From positions 562,952-626,951 of the forward strand of contig NMRA01000054.1 in the NCBI GenBank assembly GCA_002633005.1: DNA of 64,000 nt. The letters are read 5' to 3'. This DNA is from Phoronis australis. Taxonomy: Eukaryota; Animalia; Phoronida. Both the position numbers and the translations under genes were made by a program. The notes under the pieces were generated by a model. That model was not told the DNA's origin. It made no database searches and saw only the letters and a program-made list of their open reading frames with translations. Of the stretch, positions 36,891-50,327 are shown piece after piece; the first letter of the stretch is position 1, and every line of letters begins with the position of its first letter.

Positions 36891-37776
36891 ACTTATATTC
36901 ATTAGGTCACGTGATGTGGCCAACAGATGGAGTGCTGACAAGACTTAAAATGTTTGCAACATATTTTCCACACCATATTGAGATTGACATATTCATATAA
37001 ACTGACAGGTTGTTACTGCTTCAAACCAGGTCTGTTAATTAGCTCGTCACACTGGATTTAGTTTAAGTCGCCAAGACTATATGTCCATCGTGGGAATTCC
37101 AGGCAATAAAGGCAACTTAGTTCAATTCAAACAGGAACAGGACAGGAAAGTGCTTAGGAGGATAAGATACGGTTTGCGAAGAAAGATGACTTATTTAACA
37201 TCAGAACACGGTATGCAGCAGCTAAGAAACAGTGACAACTAAACAATCAGGAAACCAGTGACCGACACAGGTAATGAAAAATGTAAATTGTGTCCATCGC
37301 CGACGTTGATGAAAGAGTCTATCATGAATGTTGTGACATCTGATGCAAGTCTCAAAGGAAGCAAATTGCCAGACCACTGATAAAATATTCATTAGTTTCA
37401 AACAAAACTAGCTCCGAATTCTCCACGTGATGCTTGACAATGGTTCCACATCTATATATACATGAGTTAAGGTAGTCCATTACAATATGGTAATTCTCCA
37501 ATAATTTTCCACAAAATAACAGCTAAATAATATTTTCCCTGTTTGCAAAGGCGGATTACCGTGCTGCATCACCAAAAGTTGTTTTATGATAATACAAACC
37601 AAACTAATTATGGATTGTTTTCATAGAAAATCTAGAAAATTTCACTTGTCTACCATAATGTATTCTATATAGTTGATGAAGAGGGGTCCTTCAAGGCTCC
37701 ACTCTAAAGTCTACCAGTTCACTGAGGTCTATGACCTTTCAGAGTGACAGTATAGGCAGGTCTGAAATTCACTCAC

Positions 37777-37898
37777 TCCCGCTACGTCTCCCCCTTGCTT
37801 GCACTCCACAGCTCTTGCGTGTATCAGGTTGGCCAGCCTACATATGTGTACACCATTATCCAGTACATCCATGAAGTTGTCCACTCCAATTTCGATAC
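37777..37898 (-). CDS. GAS2: GAS2-family exon (CH domain)
   Basis: Acceptor catgacag and donor gtgagt; 122 bp, phase 1-0. Encodes IEIGVDNFMDVLDNGVHICRLANLIHARAVECKQGGDVAG. Confidence 0.95.
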
Positions 37899-39678
37899 CT
37901 GTCATGGAAATGTGATGAGTCAAACGTGACATATTAGAAAATTGACCCGTTTCATTGCACCTTGTACTTCAACAATACATCTGTACAAGTCCCACTATCA
38001 TTAAGAGGCATGGAAAACTGATCTAATGTCTTATCGTGTGGGGTAGAGCAATTACCCCAGTAGCGATGGCTTCCACAATGATAGGACACAGCCTAATATA
38101 AATTAAATAAATCATGGTGAATTTTTTAACTGTTTGACTGCTGAAATTGAATTCCATACGAAGCATTTGTTAGGATCATTGTTGTGGAAAGCCAATGCTG
38201 CAAAAAATTAGCCAAAATAGATCCACCAGGTTTCAGTTATCTGACGTCCATTGATAAATGGTTTTAGTAACTCTTTGAACCTGGCCTCTAGGTTTATGTA
38301 CTTAGTAGACATCAATATTCTTTAAAAGTTCATCTGAGTACTTCAGTCTGCTGTGATGAAAGTCATGATAACATTTACATACAAACTGTAGTCCACATGT
38401 TTGGACTGTCCTTCAGTTAATGGGAACAGTGGAGCCACCCAAAGGCCATTAACGGAATAATACAAATACAATTATGAATAGACATAACACATCTGACTGC
38501 CCATTTGTGAAGGCATTTGTTATAAAATCAATAGCTATGACACCAGTTTCTAACCAAACAGTGCAAGTAACTAACTGTATTTTTTGGTAACAACAATTGG
38601 AAAGCATTTGAAAAAGCAGTGGAAATTGTAACATTATCATGAAAACACATTCAAATTTTACCTTTACTACATATCTTGTTTTCACAAGTAATTTTTCTTA
38701 AACTGGCTATGACGTTCATCCATCGCAAAAACAAACTTCTGATTTAGTCCACTTACCACTACGAAATTAGTCTCAAAAATTTTCCTCAATCAAATCAGAG
38801 GTGATATCAGGGCTTATTACAACGAACTCCAGTTTAGAACGTATTTCAGACGACACCAGTTTTCAGAGGCCTGATATCAATCTTTCTTTTGTTAGTTGCC
38901 AGGCTCAGTCTTTTGTCCGATGTCACGACACAAACGCCAATTATCTATCACATTAATGTAAACACGAACGACTCAAAACTGTTGTCAAGAAATAAAAACC
39001 CATGGCATGGTTATGGCCAATTTTTATCCTATTGCTTCTACGAAAGAAGGATTCTGCATGTCCAACTTTTCATGAGGAATTTGATTTCAAAAGCTTAACA
39101 TGTTAAAAAATTACCAGTTTATTTCCTTAACATTTCAATTTATTTCAACTAGTATTTTATTGTTGCGAAGACATCGCTAACATGATAAATGCCCTGTACA
39201 GCACAATAGGAGCTTACATTAAAAATCATGATATAAGGGCGGGCACTGACACCAGTTCATGTAGAGAAACATTGTACAACTGCAAGACACCCCTGAACGG
39301 CCCGGTTTCCTAATGTTCGAAAGAACTGACAATTCATTATTGTTCCAGACTAGGCTGTACAAGTTGACATGTCGCAGCGTGTCATTTAAAGCGCCGAGCA
39401 TGCTCTCCAGAAATTATGAACTGCCAGTTCATTGCAAACCAAGAAATCATTTCTCATCTATAGCAGCAAGTGATCTAAATAAAAAAATTGCATTTTGGAC
39501 CAAACACAAGTTTACCGCTGATTTAATGAATCAGTTTTGGACTAACTATATTACATTGATACTTCCTAACTTGCATATTTCCAACACTTTTGAAACATTT
39601 TCAGCAGACAGAGTGGTGGTTGAATCCCATTTGACCATTTGCTGTTACTGTTACCAACAATGAAAAACTTGAAATCAC

Positions 39679-39799
39679 CCAGTAACTTGGCCATCCATTC
39701 AGCGAGATCCTCCTTGAGGGGTACTAGGCACCTCTCCTGTTGCTCTGCGGCCATCCGCTGCATGTCACTGCCATCCTCACCAGTCTGTGGCATGCTCAT
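39679..39799 (-). CDS. GAS2: GAS2-family first coding exon (exon begins at 39814, ATG at 39799)
   Basis: Acceptor cctgcag and donor gtgatt. Encodes MSMPQTGEDGSDMQRMAAEQQERCLVPLKEDLAEWMAKLL, comparable to GAS2 LLPMKEDLALWL. An upstream in-frame start in another exon is not excluded. Confidence 0.9.
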
Positions 39800-40404
39800 C
39801 CCCTGCTGGACACCCTGCAGGCAATATGAATTCAATCAGAGGCAAGGCAATTATATTAATCAAATTTGTGATTGTCTTGAAATTCCAAAATGGGAAATTA
39901 GTTGAGTGTGTGCATTCAGGCAAATATCTACAAAACTGTATTGATTTCAACTTAAGTAAAAGTATGTATTTTGTAGAATTTTATTTTTTAGTTAGTGTCA
40001 TTAACAGGATCATGTGATCATGTTATTTAAATAAAATTAAGCAGAAAAGAAGATACATTGATAGAAAAACAAATATATCAATAACTTCGTTTGACTAAAA
40101 TGTTCAAGGTAAAGTTTCAAAAATGCTATTAGTATTCTAAATCATCACTTTTGTTTCATGCAATTTTTGAATTTGTTTCTTAATAGTCATAAAAAGTCCT
40201 ATTTTATTGAGAGCCCCTCATGCATAAGTGGGTCATTTTGGTGCAAGAAGCACAGCATCTGAAAATTTCATATGAATGGGATCAGCCATTTTTGAGATAT
40301 GATGTCAGCCATGAGTTTGCCTTTTTTTTCTGGGGTACTACAAAACATTAAGCTCAAATTTCTTTCTTCATAGTGTCAAATTTTGTCAATCATGAAATAA
40401 GCTA

Positions 40405-41387
40405 CCGTAAACGTTCGGGTTAATGCCCATGCTCAGTTAACCGCCCACCCCCTACTTTAGGTGGATTTTCGATTTAACCGCCCACTGCTCGGTTAAGCGC
40501 CCCCCTGCGATTTTTGAAGATTTCCAATTAAGCGCCCACCTCTCGGTTAAGCGTCCATCCCCGACTTTTAAAGAATGAAGATTTAGCGCCCAGTGCTAAG
40601 GAAACGCGGGATTCCCCGACTTGTAGAAAAAGATCGATGATCACAATGAGCGCAACGACGCCGGGCCTCCGAGACGGTGGTTTAGCAATTTGAATTGCAA
40701 TTATAAAAGTAACGAGTTATTGTCTTGGGTCATGGACTCACTTCAAAATATAATACTTGAACGTTTTTGTCACTTTATTTTCTTCCCATGTTTGCAAAGT
40801 TTAAGAACGCCGCCGGCGTCAAAACCTCCGCTTTCAGCGACTNNNNNNNNNNNNNNNNNNNNNNNNNNNNNNNNNNNNNNNNNNNNNNNNNNNNNNNNNN
40901 NNNNNNNNNNNNNNNNNNNNNNNNNNNNNNNNNNNNNNNNNNNNNNNNNNNNNNNNNNGCGCACTTTAGCAAGATGAAATAGTTGCAATCCAAGTAGAGG
41001 CTGCGTGGTCACTGGTCGTCTGCGCTCTACACTACAGGGCTAAATAACAAGACCGCAGGACGGCACGGGGCTATTACTCAGCAATTCTGTAAATTTAATA
41101 GTGAATGACTAATCTGAGGGCATGATAACCTTTGTTAGGATCATACGCTGTTATGACATTTTTCCCGTCATGTGGCGACGTGACGATAACGCTCTTTGAA
41201 AAGTGCTACGCGTTCCGAGTAGGCCTACGACTACGTGTGTGGTGTGGGTACTTAGATCACGAGGTAAGATTAACCGCCCAGGGCGCTTGCCTGTCATAAT
41301 AAGCGCCCATGTTCGGTTAACCGCCCACCCTAGATTTTTTGGGTTTGCCAATTTAACCGCCCAGGGCGTTAACCCGAACATTTACGG
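40405..41387. mobile_element. Tc1/mariner-pogo-like MITE with TA TSD (contains an N gap)
   Basis: TA|CCGTAAACGTTCGGGTTAATGCCC...GGGCGTTAACCCGAACATTTACGG|TA, with repeated TTAA(C/G)CGCCC subterminal motifs. Second copy at 63335. Confidence 0.92.
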
Positions 41388-44300
41388 TAATTAACCCAAC
41401 AGAACTTGACAAAACAACGAAGGGCTAGGTCACATCAAGGTGGTTCTCAGTTACTATGATCATGAAAACGGGGGGGGGGAGGGGATGAATGGGAACTGAA
41501 GACGGGTTGTCATCAGATCAAGAATCTTGAAGACATTCATGCATAAGATGGTCTCAGGTGTTCTGTAACGAGTTTGGTGCAGCCGGGACATTAGAAATAC
41601 ACATACTATATAACTTTTTAGTGTTAATTGACAGATCACAAAAGCATCTTTTGCTTGATCTAATTTCTAACTGTTGTGTGCAAGACAGGACTACAATGTC
41701 AGGGAAGAAATGTGATTTCTTTCATTCAAGGATGTTTTGAGACGGTGAACATTTTTTATGTATCGTTGAATATCCCAACTCACAATGGTCACAAAAATTA
41801 AAAACAAAAAGCTGGGGAATATACTACTGCATTACATCCATTCAGGAACGCAGAATGCTGTCCACCAAATATGGTTATCGCCATCGACTGACAAGGATTA
41901 TTTCATCATGGCCACACTATATCGGAAAACTGCTATCGGTTTCAACTTGTTAACAGTAGACAGCATACTGTAAGTGAACAGAAGCTATCCAAGTCTTGAA
42001 GAGCTGTTAGTATGTAAGCCAGACTATAAGAAGAAAGCTCAAATGGTGCATTTCTGATACCCCATTCACAAACTAGCTAAAACGCCAGCATTTTGCTGCA
42101 CCTTCTGTAGTTCCGAAAACATTACAGTAATTATGTGAATGATTACAAGTGTCATTTTTGTTGGCACTTTGCCAGCAGTTTGAGTAATCACATAACTACA
42201 GGCGTTTTCGTTAGCATTTTTGCAACCAGACCACTTACTTCAAAGAACACATATGCGTAAGGGTAAGAGGCCTCGTTTATCCTCGCTTTAATTTATGGTA
42301 GGCAGTGAACCAGATTTGACATCAATTTTCAAAGTGATTCAGGTGGTGAGAAAATGAATTCCTTCGCAGACTGCTCATTTGTCTGGCTGAAACACTAGTT
42401 TTCGCAAGCCCTTTTCGTGAAACTGCTAGCGTTATTGCCAGTCATTTAAACCTACAGCAGCGGAAAATTGAAATACGCTGCATCACAACCAGGCTATAGT
42501 GGCTTTGAAGGACAAATGTTCACCTGAATTCATATACCTGTGATGCTGATGAAAAAAATTAATAAATACTTCAACGAGTGAGTAATTGGCGCTTTTTTCC
42601 TCTGTAGTCAATTACCACTGTTATGCAGTGGGATCGCATATGAAAGACTAGCAAAAAAGCATATACTACAGAATGCATGCATGTTACCAGAAATTATCCT
42701 TCATTTTGGTCAACTCAGTCCAATGTCCACCCAGTTTTTCAGATCAGGTCAAGCAGAAGTCATTTTCCAGCTTCCACAACCTTAATAAGTTCAAAGTTAG
42801 AGGCTTGCTATCGAATAATGATGTCTGAGGGAGAGTAAATAATTGCTGGCAATCGGAATAAATCGTCCTGGAATAATATGTGATTCACTCTTAATCAAAG
42901 TTATCCCAGCAGTATCTCAACATGACCAAAGATATCCTCACAAACGAACAGGAAAAAACACAAAATCTTTGTTAGATTCAAAAGCTGCCTTGTCTCAGAA
43001 CAACACATGGTACATGGCAAAACTTCATCTGCTATAAGCCTACTTGATCAGGCAAGATCAATTTAAAAGTTGATCTCTGAAAGGGCTTTCAAGACTTTAG
43101 GAACAATAAGTGTAGCGTCACTCCAAAGTAGACGAAATAATAGGAGGATTTAATTGAGTCAACATTTTACAATATGATAAAATTAAGTCACAAACATATA
43201 GGCATGCAAACCTCCATATGTCCAGAGCAGTGAACTACATAATCTCTGAGATCTGATTATTTTATCAATTCTAGTAAATTACATAACAATAACCATAACC
43301 ATGACACTATAGGGGAAAAACCAGACAACTAATGGTGAATATCTCTTCTATTACACAACCTGCATATGGGTTGTTTTACATATAAAGAGCATTTTACCAT
43401 GGGATTCAACTGAACACATTTAAAAGCAACTTTCAGCTAGACTAAATAAATAAATAATGATTACAACCAAATATAGCCCCAATATAGAAATTCAATTTCT
43501 AAAATGGTTTTGCGACAATTAAATCTAAAAAGACGTTAAACGTTCACAACAGATTTACTGCCAAAACCCCATAAATTTCCAAGTTATTTTTTGGTAGAAC
43601 CGACTTCCTGAAGTTCTTAGCTTTGAAAAGAGGTATGAAATGGCAAAATCCATCACTTTTGTGATTAATTGTAAAACATTGATTCCTCACTAAGGCTTCC
43701 AATCAGAGTAGAAATCGAGGCGGTGACCTCATCAGCTGTTTTGTTGCTAGATGACATAAAAATGGCCAGAGTGGGTAATGTATTGCTGATCAAATCCGAT
43801 GTTAAAAAGTCAAGAGCTAATCTCATTCAAGTGTATGTGAGAAAAAACTGCGAAGAGCCAAAGCATGTTGGTAACCATCCCAGAATACGCATTTCTTCAT
43901 TAACACAAACTTCGTAGAAAAGGCCACTAATTTTTTTTGTTCTAAAGCTTGATACAGATTGGCTTGTACTATCGCAACAATTTCCTTTCTTCAGGTGTGC
44001 AGCTATAAAGAAAAACACCAAGAGACATATCAAACAAACAATTAAAACACTAGGCAATAAGTGAAATGAACATATACGTAGGTAAATAAACAGTGAAATA
44101 CACATGAGACTGGGAAGAGGGGCTTACAAGTAGTGCATGAATGTATCACATGGTGGTTTGCTATATATATGCACACCTGAAGAAAGAGATTGTTCCGACA
44201 CTACAAGCGAATCAGTATCAAGCTTTCAAAAAGAAAATTAGTCATATTTTCAATGAAGAATACGCATTTGGGAATGAAAACAAGTGCTGGACTGCTACGA

Positions 44301-44768
44301 GAAATGTATTGAGAACATTTCCAGACATGTAGAGGTCATTCGGGAAGACAGCCAGGAATAGCTTCACATTTCAGCTTAGTGTTAGCCTAAATTTTTTTGA
44401 ACAGTTCACAATGTTTCCAGATTTCATCCAATTACGTAACCAATTAAATTCCTGGTTAACGGCTCTTACATACTGACTTAACTCTGGTCTGAGCGGAGCG
44501 TTGATGTAAACTGTGAAGTTAACTGAACCGTTCAAACCAGCTTCGGTAGGTAACGGACATTGAAGTAAACGGACATCGAAGTAAACAGTAGGTGACGCTG
44601 TTGTCATCGAAGCAATCGCAAGGTAGCACTTAGTGGCCACTGGTGATAATTTCGATGGGACCGAACTTGACTGTTCATACTGCATCGCAGTGTCCACGAT
44701 CCAGGACTGAAGTAAACCGTTCATACTGACTGTAACTCCCCAAAACATCGATGCCTCGACGTTTGTAT

Positions 44769-45093
44769 GAAAACAGATCAAGTTTGAGTCTAATACTGGA
44801 ATTAAAACTTACAAAAATTAGCGACGTTGCATCTGCATCTTACGGACTTCAGCTTGGCTTGTGACGTTATCGTTATTCTGGCCAATTGATGGCGTTTTGG
44901 CTAAATGGCGCGGCATTGACATCGGTACACCATCCCATACGTGTGACAAATCGAATCGTAAATCGCCTCTTTTATTTAAAGAGGGACTCTCAATGCGCCA
45001 CAAGCCAAGCTGAAGTCCGTGAGATGCTGACGCAACGTCACTAATTTTTGTAAGTTTTAATTCCAGTATTAGACTCAAACTTGATCTGTTTTC
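44769..45093. mobile_element. Foldback element with ~93-bp near-perfect inverted arms
   Basis: GAAAACAGATCAAGTTTGAGTCTAATACTGGAATTAAAACTTACAAAAATTAG... is mirrored at ~45000-45093. No TSD seen. Confidence 0.85.
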
Positions 45094-46433
45094 TCAACTG
45101 GATGTTTCAAAATTTTCATGCTTTCATTTAGTATGAAAAGACCTTAAATCTCAAAATATTTCTAATTACCTCAGCCAGTCCCATTGTACAATGTTGTTTT
45201 TTAAATGGTTAAATCTGCTTTGAAAACCAATAACCTGATAATTATGTATTGGGGGTAACTATTGCCAGAGTACTGTGTTTTTGAACACAATGCCTGAACC
45301 CTCAAAGAACATGATTCCTGGCGTGTGAAAGCACAAAATATTGTGCATCTTTAGGTATGAATACATTGGGTAAAGTAGACAAACCTCTTCAATGTTCAAA
45401 TCTTCCAGTCACTCCATGATGATGATCAGATACCCAACAACAGTTGGGATTCCATATAAGAACAAGAGTGCAATCCAATTATTAATAACATTGATTAAAA
45501 TGCCAATAAACCCCTGGGCTTCACACAAGAAACTAACTTTCGATTTAAACCAAATTGGTCTCAACCAGTTCTTTATCCAGAGGAGAAGTGATTTTTGGTT
45601 GACTTGTGCAAAGAAGTGCTACTTGCCCGAGACAATATTCGGCGAATAAAACAACATGGCTTGGCAAGTCAACTTGAAAGAGCTGCATCTCAACCAATAA
45701 CGTCAGATTCCAAGCTCAGTAATCACATGTGTTTTGACAAAGGAACAATTTGAGACCAATTTCATAATAGTAAGTGGTCTGAATAACAAGTTGGTTTTTG
45801 TAATGCAAGGCAGCTTTATAATTGCTTTAAGCAGACCAACCTCCTCAGCAATCAACCTCTACTCATTCTATGATGTGTTGAAGGTCAAATCACCTCACAA
45901 TAACTGACAAAAATGCAAAGCTGAACAGACTGCACTCAATTCCTATCTGGGAACCCACTGAGAAACCAGCACATCAAACCACTGACCCACACACAACACA
46001 GAGCACCAGCGTCAGTCTGACAGCTTTTGATTAAAAATGAAGACAAAAAATCTATCACTACGTCAATAGAAGTCAGTTGGAAGGACAAATGAAGGTTAAA
46101 ATAATCGACAGGGGACACAGTGACTGATTTAGTGCGTAAGCAGTCGCTATTTCTAGTTTCCCAACTGATTTTAAGTCCATTCAATGGATGGCTAGACCAG
46201 GAAATTATTTTCGCAATTTCACAAGCTCAACACCATTTCCATTTTCTACTATACATGAATCCACCATCAATAATTTAAAGAGACTCTGAAATACAATAAA
46301 AAAATAACACGGTTTTGTTTTTTGGTTGGGCTGCATAATGCTAAGAATTAGTGATGAAATTTGATACCAAATTGTTATTTATAATATAATTCATTAGCGT
46401 AACTGCATAGGTTGGTTGCCTAAGTACGTTGTA

Positions 46434-46512
46434 CATGGGCAGGGCAGCGCAGCACTAAAAAAGTGGGGGCTATTGCCCCCTAGCTCCCTGTGCAAGTGGT
46501 GCACTGCCCATG
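46434..46512. mobile_element. 79-bp MITE (CATGGGCAG...CTGCCCATG) with 5-bp TSD TTGTA
   Basis: TIR and TSD read directly (46429-46433, 46513-46517). Related fragments at ~13622, ~23005 and ~56835. Confidence 0.85.
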
Positions 46513-46569
46513 TTGTACAGCACTTTCACTCAACAGGCCAAACTCATATCATAACACGACTTAAACATC

Positions 46570-49262
46570 GGATTTTTGTCCCGCGACTTTCGGACAAGGA
46601 AAATTTTTAGAAACGGTAATTTGGGATCGACGCAACTCCCGTGTCACTAAAGCGTTCAACGGATGATTACTACTGTATACGGCTTGAGTCCGAGAATCAG
46701 TATAACGGGTTTGTAATTTTTACCTTGTCTTGACGATGTCACGACCGTTACTCGATTGTCTTGCGTTTAGCTTGTGTTTGGCGCTTTACTGAGCTATGAT
46801 TAGAATCACCGAGTTCCGCATGACGAAAATTTCTGATGAAAATACAAATAGCAAATACACCGAAGGCTGCAACTTTTTGTTGTAGCGTAACATGGGCTCT
46901 TGTTTAATTAGGCCATGCTGTTCGACTTCCGACTGTGACATTGAACTTGCACGCCTGACATCAACTTGCGTGTTTACGAAACGTTTTTTATTTTTAAAAC
47001 GTCCTGGCCTTTGCGAATGCCCTTGTTAGTGGCTAAAATCTCCCGACGATGTGTCCGGATTTTATTCTTGACCTGATGAGAAATAATTTTTTGTTTAGGC
47101 CCCCATACACAATAGGCCAAAGCTAAGTCTGTCCGTAGGATATCGCGCGTTCAAAGTAGTGTAGATAGTGAACAGCAGCAGCCGAATGAGACGGAGCCAA
47201 AGTAAAGCTGGTTAAAAATCAAACATAGTGCAAGGCCCGGCACTCAGAAAGGGGCGCGGCGCACACGCAATTGTTACAGAGACATTGCATCCCTGTNNNN
47301 NNNNNNNNNNNNNNNNNNNNNNNNNNNNNNNNNNNNNNNNNNNNNNNNNNNNNNNNNNNNNNNNNNNNNNNNNNNNNNNNNNNNNNNNNNNNNNNNNNNN
47401 NNNNNNNNNNNNNNNNNNNNNNNNNNNNNNNNNNNNNNNNNNNNNNNNNNNNNNNNNNNNNNNNNNNNNNNNNNNNNNNNNNNNNNNNNNNNNNNNNNNN
47501 NNNNNNNNNNNNNNNNNNNNNNNNNNNNNNNNNNNNNNNNNNNNNNNNNNNNNNNNNNNNNNNNNNNNNNNNNNNNNNNNNNNNNNNNNNNNNNNNNNNN
47601 NNNNNNNNNNNNNNNNNNNNNNNNNNNNNNNNNNNNNNNNNNNNNNNNNNNNNNNNNNNNNNNNNNNNNNNNNNNNNNNNNNNNNNNNNNNNNNNNNNNN
47701 NNNNNNNNNNNNNNNNNNNNNNNNNNNNNNNNNNNNNNNNNNNNNNNNNNNNNNNNNNNNNNNNNNNNNNNNNNNNNNNNNNNNNNNNNNNNNNNNNNNN
47801 NNNNNNNNNNNNNNNNNNNNNNNNNNNNNNNNNNNNNNNNNNNNNNNNNNNNNNNNNNNNNNNNNNNNNNNNNNNNNNNNNNNNNNNNNNNNNNNNNNNN
47901 NNNNNNNNNNNNNNNNNNNNNNNNNNNNNNNNNNNNNNNNNNNNNNNNNNNNNNNNNNNNNNNNNNNNNNNNNNNNNNNNNNNNNNNNNNNNNNNNNNNN
48001 NNNNNNNNNNNNNNNNNNNNNNNNNNNNNNNNNNNNNNNNNNNNNNNNNNNNNNNNNNNNNNNNNNNNNNNNNNNNNNNNNNNNNNNNNNNNNNNNNNNN
48101 NNNNNNNNNNNNNNNNNCTTTCTAGACAACGCCCTTATATATACAATATGTTAGTTAATCGTGTCTTCAGCCGCGCAGCACTGTGCTAGTCGACGCATTC
48201 CCATCGTTTGCAGTAGGCGTAAACATGTAGAACGACAGCGCTTCTTCAACAATTCAGACGACTACCAGGACGACAACTGGGGATCACGAGTTGATGAGAA
48301 ACTACTCGTTTTGTTATCATGATTGTCTTTGTAATCTATTTTGGGTAATTGTTCAATCGAAGTTTTCATGTTGAAACTGAGCTTTCAGTTAATATGGAAA
48401 TAAACGCGTCAGAGTTAACTTGCGTTTCGGTTTGTAACCAGCAGACAATGCATGGATACGTTTAACAAACATAAATATATGCTATGTTCTTGTCATTGTT
48501 CGTCACTTTCTTCATTGAACTCGTTCCCACATCCATTACTGTTACGTTTAATGCAAAATTCGTTAAAATTGAGAAAGCGCATGTTTTGATGGTCAGGAAC
48601 CCTCTTTGTGCATCGAATACTCAAGTCCAGCTTTTTATTGGGAAACCATGCGTTGACAGCGCAAAGTCGACATTTTTTTGTTGAGAAAACGCATTTTTAC
48701 AAAAGAGAATCGGTTGTCTGTAATGTTTCATGTGCGTCAACAACGCAAACCAGACCCACTCATTGAAAAGCCCATATTTGTCACCAGGAAGACTCTTCAC
48801 AACGCAGCCCGATATTTCAAGTGAGATAGCGCAGTTTTGAAAAGATTCCATCACTTGCCGAGAACGGTTTTTGAGCATCGGCAATGCAAGCCGAATATTT
48901 CATATTGAGAAAGCACATCTTTGAAAAGAAGAACCAACACTAGTTGGGAACGGTCTTTGTGCGTCGACGGCACACATTTCTTATTGGGAAAGCCAGATTT
49001 TCAAAAATTAATCGCTCAGACCATTTGAGTCTCCTTTACCTGTAATTATACTGCTATCAAATGACCGAGTCAGCAATGTTGATACTACGACCGCTCATCG
49101 AAATAATGTACACCCACGAAATTCGGACACTAGCGGAAACCCAAATTTGGAGGTCCGCCAAATTCGGCACCACAGAAATGATGTTTTGCGAGATTCGTCC
49201 AAGAATGATTTTTTTCTATTGGAATTAATTTTCGTGTCCGAAAATCATGCGACTTTACCGTA
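46570..49262. mobile_element. Probable degenerate pogo-like non-autonomous element spanning the 47297-48117 gap
   Basis: Right end TTTCGTGTCCGAAAATCATGCGACTTTACCGTA resembles an inverted CCGCGACTTTCGGACAAGGAAA near 46580. The interior is CpG-rich with recurrent TTGAGAAAGC motifs at 48570-48990. Confidence 0.45.
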
Positions 49263-50327
49263 GGGTTCCCCTATTTTGGGAACCAGCTTTCTTCATTAAA
49301 AAACAGGCATCAAACTGGTTCTCAAAATCTGGGACCCCAGCTGTGAGCGACTATTACTCCAATTACCACAAGTACTCAAGTACCCATACTTGGCGAAGTC
49401 TTAATTCATATTTTTCATATTTATGTCGAAAGTAAGAAGAAAATGACAATTTATTTTAAGTTATTAACTATTATAATCTAGCTTAGAACTCACATTGGTG
49501 TCACCAACATCCATCTCTAGTCCCACGGCCTAGGAGCTAGGACTTCGTCAGCAGTTCATCACATGCAAGCCATTACATATTACCAATCCAGCAGGCATGC
49601 ACAACTAATCTGCAATTAAAAACAGTCAGTGTAAACATCTGGCCAAGGGTCAGCCTTAATTCATTTCCATAAAATCTCACCAGTTTAGGACATAACATGG
49701 CCGGCAGGTGATTATATTTATCATTTTTAAAGATCTACACCACAGCAATCATTAGATAATGATTAACAGAAATTGTGGGCAACCCCTAACACCCTTAGAA
49801 GCTTTAAGTGAAAAAAGTTGGGAATTATTTATGTCTGTAAATTGGTGACATTTTAGGGTAATTGTTCACAAAATAGAACTGGTTTGAATACACAGACACC
49901 TAAAAACATCTGCGTATTCCAGATGTAAGACTATTAGTACATGGACACATCAACGTTATAATAACCTCGTGCCAGGTTAACGCTCATGTTCAGCAAAATG
50001 CCCATCGCTGAAATTTCCAAACTGCACTATTAAATGCCCACATTTAGTTTAGCACCCAACAACAGTTTACACGACCAAGATTTCCTTGAATGTGCCAATG
50101 TCTTCATGAACACCAAATCATGGGAAATTTAATAACCAAATGCACGCAACACACTGAAAGGGAACACCACACCACATTTGGGCTGCAAAATACCCATTTA
50201 CTGAAGGGAACATGAAATAGATCTTTTACTCAATTGGTGAATTCCCCAATAAAAGTGACCACAAATCACATTGTTGGAATGTAGGCTTCTAACAGTCAGA
50301 TTAGTCTGACTTAGGGTTGGACTGTAG

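Noticed and set aside
36917-36935. Isolated CTCF-like motifs (also ~28911-28925 on the minus strand)
   Set aside because: Single imperfect matches are expected by chance in 64 kb.
46570-47296. CpG-rich GAS2 promoter with a minus-strand donor near 46723
   Set aside because: It falls inside a probable degenerate transposon and abuts a gap. It cannot be separated from transposon sequence without transcript data.
47212-48154. Long ORFs of 284-308 aa (also 8740-9399, 40690-41012, 53178-53491)
   Set aside because: These are artefacts of translation through N gaps.
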